20,000 nt of DNA from an uncultured virus (IMG/VR IMGVR_UViG_3300021256_000093) (lineage: Duplodnaviria; Heunggongvirae; Uroviricota; Caudoviricetes): IMG/VR virus record IMGVR_UViG_3300021256_000093; one strand, 5' to 3'. This document shows, piece after piece, positions 15,512 through 20,000 of the stretch (the first letter of the stretch is position 1; each line of letters opens with the position of its first letter). The notes under the pieces were generated by a model that made no database searches, was not told where the DNA came from, and worked only from the letters and a program-made list of their open reading frames with translations. The translations under genes and the position numbers were made by a program.

Positions 15512-18500
15512 TTAAGTACCTTTATGATATTGTTTTAAAGCTGCTACTATTGCTCTTGTAAGGTCATCTACAGTTAATGATAATCCTCCACTTTGACGAC
15601 CTCCAGATTTACTACTACTATCATTTTGAGTTTGTCCTATAGTCATTGGTTTTTCTTTCTTATTATTAGATTTTTTATCTGTATTATTTTGATTAGTATT
15701 ATCAGGAGTACTTGGTGTATTATCTTCTGGTGTTATTGTAGGTGTTCCTCCTGTTGGCGTTGTAGTTTCTTGCTCATCACCACTACCACTAGGTGAACCT
15801 GGTACTTGATAATCTTCTTCTTCATCTTTCTTAATTAATATGGTCATTTCTTGGCTCATTAATTTTTGAATATCACCTAATGAATTCTTAATTGCATCTT
15901 GACGTTTCTTATGTAATTTATCTGCATTCTTAATTACATCTTCTGAATGCTTAATTTCATTAGCTAATTTATTTAATGTTACAGATACTTTATTAGCTAA
16001 TGTATTAGTAAACTTATCTATATTTCCTATCTTATCACCTAAACGTGTTACAGCATTTGCTAATTCTGTTAATGATTTTATTCTTGATACATCTATTGAA
16101 TTAACTGCTTCTACATAATTTTTTAATGTATTAGTATGTTTTTCAAATTGGTCATTCTCATTAATTGAGCTTGTAATGGTGTATAAATCATTAATACCAT
16201 TTTTTAATATATCAATTTTATTTGGTAGTTCTTCATCAAGTTTATTAATCTTATTAAATAGTTTAACATATTGATTTAAAGTATAAATAAACTTTTGATT
16301 TATTTTCTGTGTTTCATCTTCAAATTCAATACTATTTAATTGTTTTAATATTGATTTAATCATTCCAAATAATAAACCTGTTGATTGTGCCATATTTGAA
16401 GGTAAGGATGTAACTCCCTTTCCAAATAATAACATATTTAATACTAATCCATTTAATGCAACCATCATTACTGAAGCCATACCAAGTTTACCAAGTATTG
16501 ATGTTGCTCTAACTGCTTTATCAAGAAGTTTACCTACTAATGGTATTTCTGATATTCCTGTCTTACCAAAATCTAATTTATTAATTTGATCTATACACTC
16601 TTGTAAAATCTCAAACATATTTGTAGTTTTAGTTTTTAAATTACTAGGAATATTACCAGCCATATCATTTAATTTAATCAGATGCTCAGCTACATTTGTT
16701 AAAGTTTCTGTAACAGCTTTCATCATAGATAATTTACCCATAAATGTATCTGCACCAACAACTTGATCAGCTAATTTACCAACAATAGGAATTGCTTTTA
16801 ATCCAGTGTCTTCTCCAAATCTCATATTATTAATATCAGTAACATATGACTGTAAGCAATCAAATATAACCTTTGATTTTTGCGGTAAATCTTTTGGTAC
16901 TTTTTGAACTTGTTCATCTAATACTATTAATAAATTAGCTACACCTGATATGGCTAATACTGTTGCACTAATTAATGCAAGTTTACCCATAAATGTACCT
17001 GCACCAACAATTTGATCTGCCAGTTTACCAACAATAGGAATTGCGTCTAATCCAGTATCTTCACCAAAATGAGTTTCATTAATTTTATTTACTATTAATT
17101 GAATTGTTTCAAATAATGTTGTTGAATTTTCTTTAATATTTGTAGGTATCTTTTCTAGGTTTTCACCTAATGTAACAAATGCCATTGATACTAATGTTAA
17201 TGCTCCAGATAATGCAGTAATCATACCAATCTTACCCATAAATGATGCAGCATCAACAACTTTATTAACAAGATTCTTAGCAGTACCAATAATTGGAATA
17301 CTGTCTACCCAACTTTTTTTCTTATCTTTTTCAAATTGTAAACCATTAATTTGGTCAACTAATGTTTGAATATTTTGGAAAAACAATGTTATTTTTCCAA
17401 ATGATGGCGTTTTTAATGTAGCAATTAATGCTAATGATGCAGCTGCAGATGATAATGCTAATCCTAATATACCAAGAAGCATAAGTTTTCCAAATACTAA
17501 TATGGCACCTCCAAATTCCTGAAGTATTCCGCCTATACCATTTATATGTAAATGCTCACTAATCCAATCATTAATAGGTCCAAATAGTCCACCACTACTT
17601 TTTTGCTTACCATTATTATTACTACCACCAAAACGTAAACCTAAAATACAATCAATAATTTTTTGAATACCTGCAAATAATAGTTCTACAGAATCAGCAA
17701 GTTGATTACCATCAAATTTAGAAGTTATATCAGCTATACGACCCATTAATTCAGCAAGACCCCAAAGTATTAATCCAGCTAATACTATTGCAATCATACC
17801 AATTATTATAAACCCTGCAGCTACACCACCAGTACCAACTACTATAGCCCCTATTGCAGCAGATGCTAATAATATAAGTGCAACAGTACCTAACATTGTT
17901 AATACAACTAACCAGATATCACCAATAACACCTTTATACTTTAATACTTGAGTTACAATAATTTTCATTACATATGCTAAACCTAATGTTATCAATGTAG
18001 CAATAGATATAGCAACTAAACCCATAATTAATTTTGTTTTATCAATCTTACCTAATAACCATATAATAGCAGCAATACCACCAATTAATACTAATGATTG
18101 AGCAACAAAATTCCACATTAATTTTGGTTCAACTGCATCTTTAGCAAGTATACTATTAAGAAGACCAAATACACCGCCTAATACTAAAGTTATTAATGAT
18201 ATAACTCCTATAGCAATTAATCCATTCTTTAATTTATCTTTATCAATAGTACTTAATAACCAAGTAATAGCAGCAATACCTCCAACTAATACTAATGCTT
18301 GTCCAACAAAATTCCATATGGCTTTTTGATCTCCGCCACCTATTAAATAAACTTTATTAATATAATTAAATACATCCGCTAATACTATTGTTACTAATGA
18401 TATTACACCTATTGCTAATAAAGCATTCATTAGTTTTTCTTGTTTGATAAGACTAAGCAATGCGGTAATTGCAGCTAAACCACCAACTAATACTAATGAT

Positions 18501-20000
18501 TGTGCAACAAATAACCATATTAATTTTGGTTCTGCTGCATTTTCTGATAATGCTTTATTAATATTTGCAAATGCTTTAGCTAATACTAATGTTAATATTG
18601 ATAATACTGCAACTGTTAAAACTGCTGTTTGTATTTTATCTTGGTCTAATTTAGTAATTCCCCATACAATAGCAGCAAGGCCACCAACTAAAAGTAATGA
18701 TGCAGCTGAAAATGCAAGAATTCCTTTAGGATCACTATCTTTCATAATATGTGCAGCAATTAACATAATAATACCTGTTGTTAATATTAATCCTATTAAT
18801 TCTCCTAGTATTATTTTTGCATCTTTAGTATCTTTCATTAATTTTAATGATAGACCAATTGCTAATGAAATTCCAGCAATAAATGCAGTTAATAACACCC
18901 CATATTCTAATACACATAAAGCTAATTTTTGGCCATCAGGACCCATAAATAATAGTCCACCCAATAATAAGCAAACTGTTGACCATAAAATAATTTTATG
19001 TAGACTTTCAAATATATTGACTGCTTCTTTAGCTCCTCTTGATGCTAAACCTGCTACTCCAATAATAGTACTTACCATTAGTGTTAATAATCCCATAAAT
19101 TCCCAAACATACTTTTGAATATTTGGGACTAACATAAATACTAATCCGCCTAAAAGAACTGCAGCAGTTGCTTTAAGAACTAATGTACCTATTTGGTCAA
19201 CACCTTGTATTTGTGCGGGTCCTGCTTTAGATACAACCCAAAGAATACCTGAAACTAATGTTCCTAATAATGCAGTGAATGCAGTAACTATTTTCATAGG
19301 AACATATTGTACAATCAATGGTGCTAATGCTAATGCAGCAGCACAAGATAATATCATTATTCCTAATTCTTTAACTCCTTCCATAACGACAGATTCATTT
19401 TTCATAAATCTACCGATAACAAGAGTAATTGTTCCTATTAATAATGATAATGCTCCTCCAAAAGCTAAAATAACTTTAGGATTAGCAGATTTACCCATAA
19501 ATACAGCAATACCTAATGATAAACCACATGCAATAATTAATAATGATAAATCTTTTGCACCTTCTAATGATGAATCAATTTTCTTTTTAGTTCTACCTAA
19601 TAAAAATGTTATAATTAATGTTGTTGTTAATAATGCTAATATACCAATACCAAATTTTAATAAACTTTGTAATTCCATATCCTGTCCTACTTTTGCTGCT
19701 AATGCAACAACTAAACTTAATCCAGTAATAAGGAATCCTATATTTGTTATTAATTTTGTTTTTTGGTCAACATCTTTAAATTCTGGTTGAGCTAATATTA
19801 TCAAAATACTATCTATTAATAGTATCATCATTGTAATACCTGCACCATATTTAATTAATCCTTTAGTAGGAACCAATGCCATTACTAATGCACCTACTAA
19901 TAGCATAGTTGTTGAAAATACCATAAATTTTTGTATTTTATCTAATACTTTATTAGCATTTTCAATAGTTTTAGAATCTATCTGATTAAATCCAGAAATA
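15512..20000 (-). CDS. Tape-measure-like protein (5' end outside the window)
   Basis: The frame stays open from 19924 to the window edge (...ISGFNQIDSKTIENANKVLDKIQKFMVFS). More than 1490 aa of Ala/Gly/Leu/Ile-rich helical repeats with a coiled-coil-like C-terminal part; adjacent to a tube-like gene. Confidence 0.7.
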   Translation of the reverse strand, partial: ISGFNQIDSKTIENANKVLDKIQKFMVFSTTMLLVGALVMALVPTKGLIKYGAGITMMILLIDSILIILAQPEFKDVDQKTKLITNIGFLITGLSLVVALAAKVGQDMELQSLLKFGIGILALLTTTLIITFLLGRTKKKIDSSLEGAKDLSLLIIACGLSLGIAVFMGKSANPKVILAFGGALSLLIGTITLVIGRFMKNESVVMEGVKELGIMILSCAAALALAPLIVQYVPMKIVTAFTALLGTLVSGILWVVSKAGPAQIQGVDQIGTLVLKATAAVLLGGLVFMLVPNIQKYVWEFMGLLTLMVSTIIGVAGLASRGAKEAVNIFESLHKIILWSTVCLLLGGLLFMGPDGQKLALCVLEYGVLLTAFIAGISLAIGLSLKLMKDTKDAKIILGELIGLILTTGIIMLIAAHIMKDSDPKGILAFSAASLLLVGGLAAIVWGITKLDQDKIQTAVLTVAVLSILTLVLAKAFANINKALSENAAEPKLIWLFVAQSLVLVGGLAAITALLSLIKQEKLMNALLAIGVISLVTIVLADVFNYINKVYLIGGGDQKAIWNFVGQALVLVGGIAAITWLLSTIDKDKLKNGLIAIGVISLITLVLGGVFGLLNSILAKDAVEPKLMWNFVAQSLVLIGGIAAIIWLLGKIDKTKLIMGLVAISIATLITLGLAYVMKIIVTQVLKYKGVIGDIWLVVLTMLGTVALILLASAAIGAIVVGTGGVAAGFIIIGMIAIVLAGLILWGLAELMGRIADITSKFDGNQLADSVELLFAGIQKIIDCILGLRFGGSNNNGKQKSSGGLFGPINDWISEHLHINGIGGILQEFGGAILVFGKLMLLGILGLALSSAAASLALIATLKTPSFGKITLFFQNIQTLVDQINGLQFEKDKKKSWVDSIPIIGTAKNLVNKVVDAASFMGKIGMITALSGALTLVSMAFVTLGENLEKIPTNIKENSTTLFETIQLIVNKINETHFGEDTGLDAIPIVGKLADQIVGAGTFMGKLALISATVLAISGVANLLIVLDEQVQKVPKDLPQKSKVIFDCLQSYVTDINNMRFGEDTGLKAIPIVGKLADQVVGADTFMGKLSMMKAVTETLTNVAEHLIKLNDMAGNIPSNLKTKTTNMFEILQECIDQINKLDFGKTGISEIPLVGKLLDKAVRATSILGKLGMASVMMVALNGLVLNMLLFGKGVTSLPSNMAQSTGLLFGMIKSILKQLNSIEFEDETQKINQKFIYTLNQYVKLFNKINKLDEELPNKIDILKNGINDLYTITSSINENDQFEKHTNTLKNYVEAVNSIDVSRIKSLTELANAVTRLGDKIGNIDKFTNTLANKVSVTLNKLANEIKHSEDVIKNADKLHKKRQDAIKNSLGDIQKLMSQEMTILIKKDEEEDYQVPGSPSGSGDEQETTTPTGGTPTITPEDNTPSTPDNTNQNNTDKKSNNKKEKPMTIGQTQNDSSSKSGGRQSGGLSLTVDDLTRAIVAALKQYHKGT
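16480..17330 (-). repeat. Four 82-86 aa internal repeats (FGEDTGL.AIPIVGKLADQ.VGA.TFMGKL)
   Basis: IPxxG cores anchored at 16533, 16779, 17028 and 17286 (spacings 246, 249, 258 nt); the middle two are nearly identical in DNA. Confidence 0.85.
17960..18730 (-). repeat. Four 67-aa hydrophobic internal repeats (W.FVAQSLVLVGG.AAI.WLL..ID..KL...L.AI.VISL.T.VL)
   Basis: LVGG/LIGG cores anchored at 18081, 18282, 18483 and 18684, exact 201-nt spacing. Confidence 0.85.

Noticed and set aside
16480..18730. DNA repeats as a CRISPR array or DGR template/variable repeat pair
   Set aside because: Repeats are in frame with spacings that are multiples of 3, differ largely at synonymous sites, have no spacer structure, and no cas or reverse transcriptase gene is present in the window.
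15593..19790. Plus-strand ORFs 15593..15796, 18444..19118 and 19275..19790
   Set aside because: Antisense shadows of the tape-measure-like gene; their Asn/Pro/Ala/Ile content mirrors its codons.
15512..19924. Transporter/permease interpretation and the start at 19924
   Set aside because: The frame is open to the window edge, no transporter motifs were recognised, and repeat structure and context fit a tape measure protein.
1..20000. tRNA, rRNA, integrase or transposase
   Set aside because: Intergenic gaps are short and AT-rich with no cloverleaf or T-loop consensus, and no recombinase motifs were seen.

Overview
Very AT-rich, densely coded window that looks like part of a large (jumbo-type) tailed phage genome, probably infecting a Bacteroidota host (inference: no Shine-Dalgarno sites, a signal peptide followed by Gln, a Bacteroides-type DpsL homologue, BspA LRRs, a WYL_2 protein). 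Recognisable genes: GNAT acetyltransferase, modular endolysin (PG-binding + DUF3380-type muramidase), DpsL/ferritin-like protein, Nudix hydrolase, WYL_2/DUF2693 protein, DUF4314-like protein, GMP reductase, exported DRGH-family endonuclease, BspA-LRR protein, a tail-tube-fold protein and a long repeat-rich tape-measure-like protein running off the right edge. Seven ORFs missing from the supplied track were found by hand. Most striking: eight otherwise dissimilar proteins between 1 and 6362 share a 9-10 aa N-terminal leader (MKxLxxY/FIxE followed by A or K) resembling the T4 capsid-targeting sequence MKTYQEFIAE. This suggests a cassette of head-packaged cargo proteins that includes the acetyltransferase and the DpsL. 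Two recurring promoter-like motifs, several terminator hairpins and one long structured intergenic element are also visible. No tRNA, rRNA, CRISPR array or mobile element was seen.
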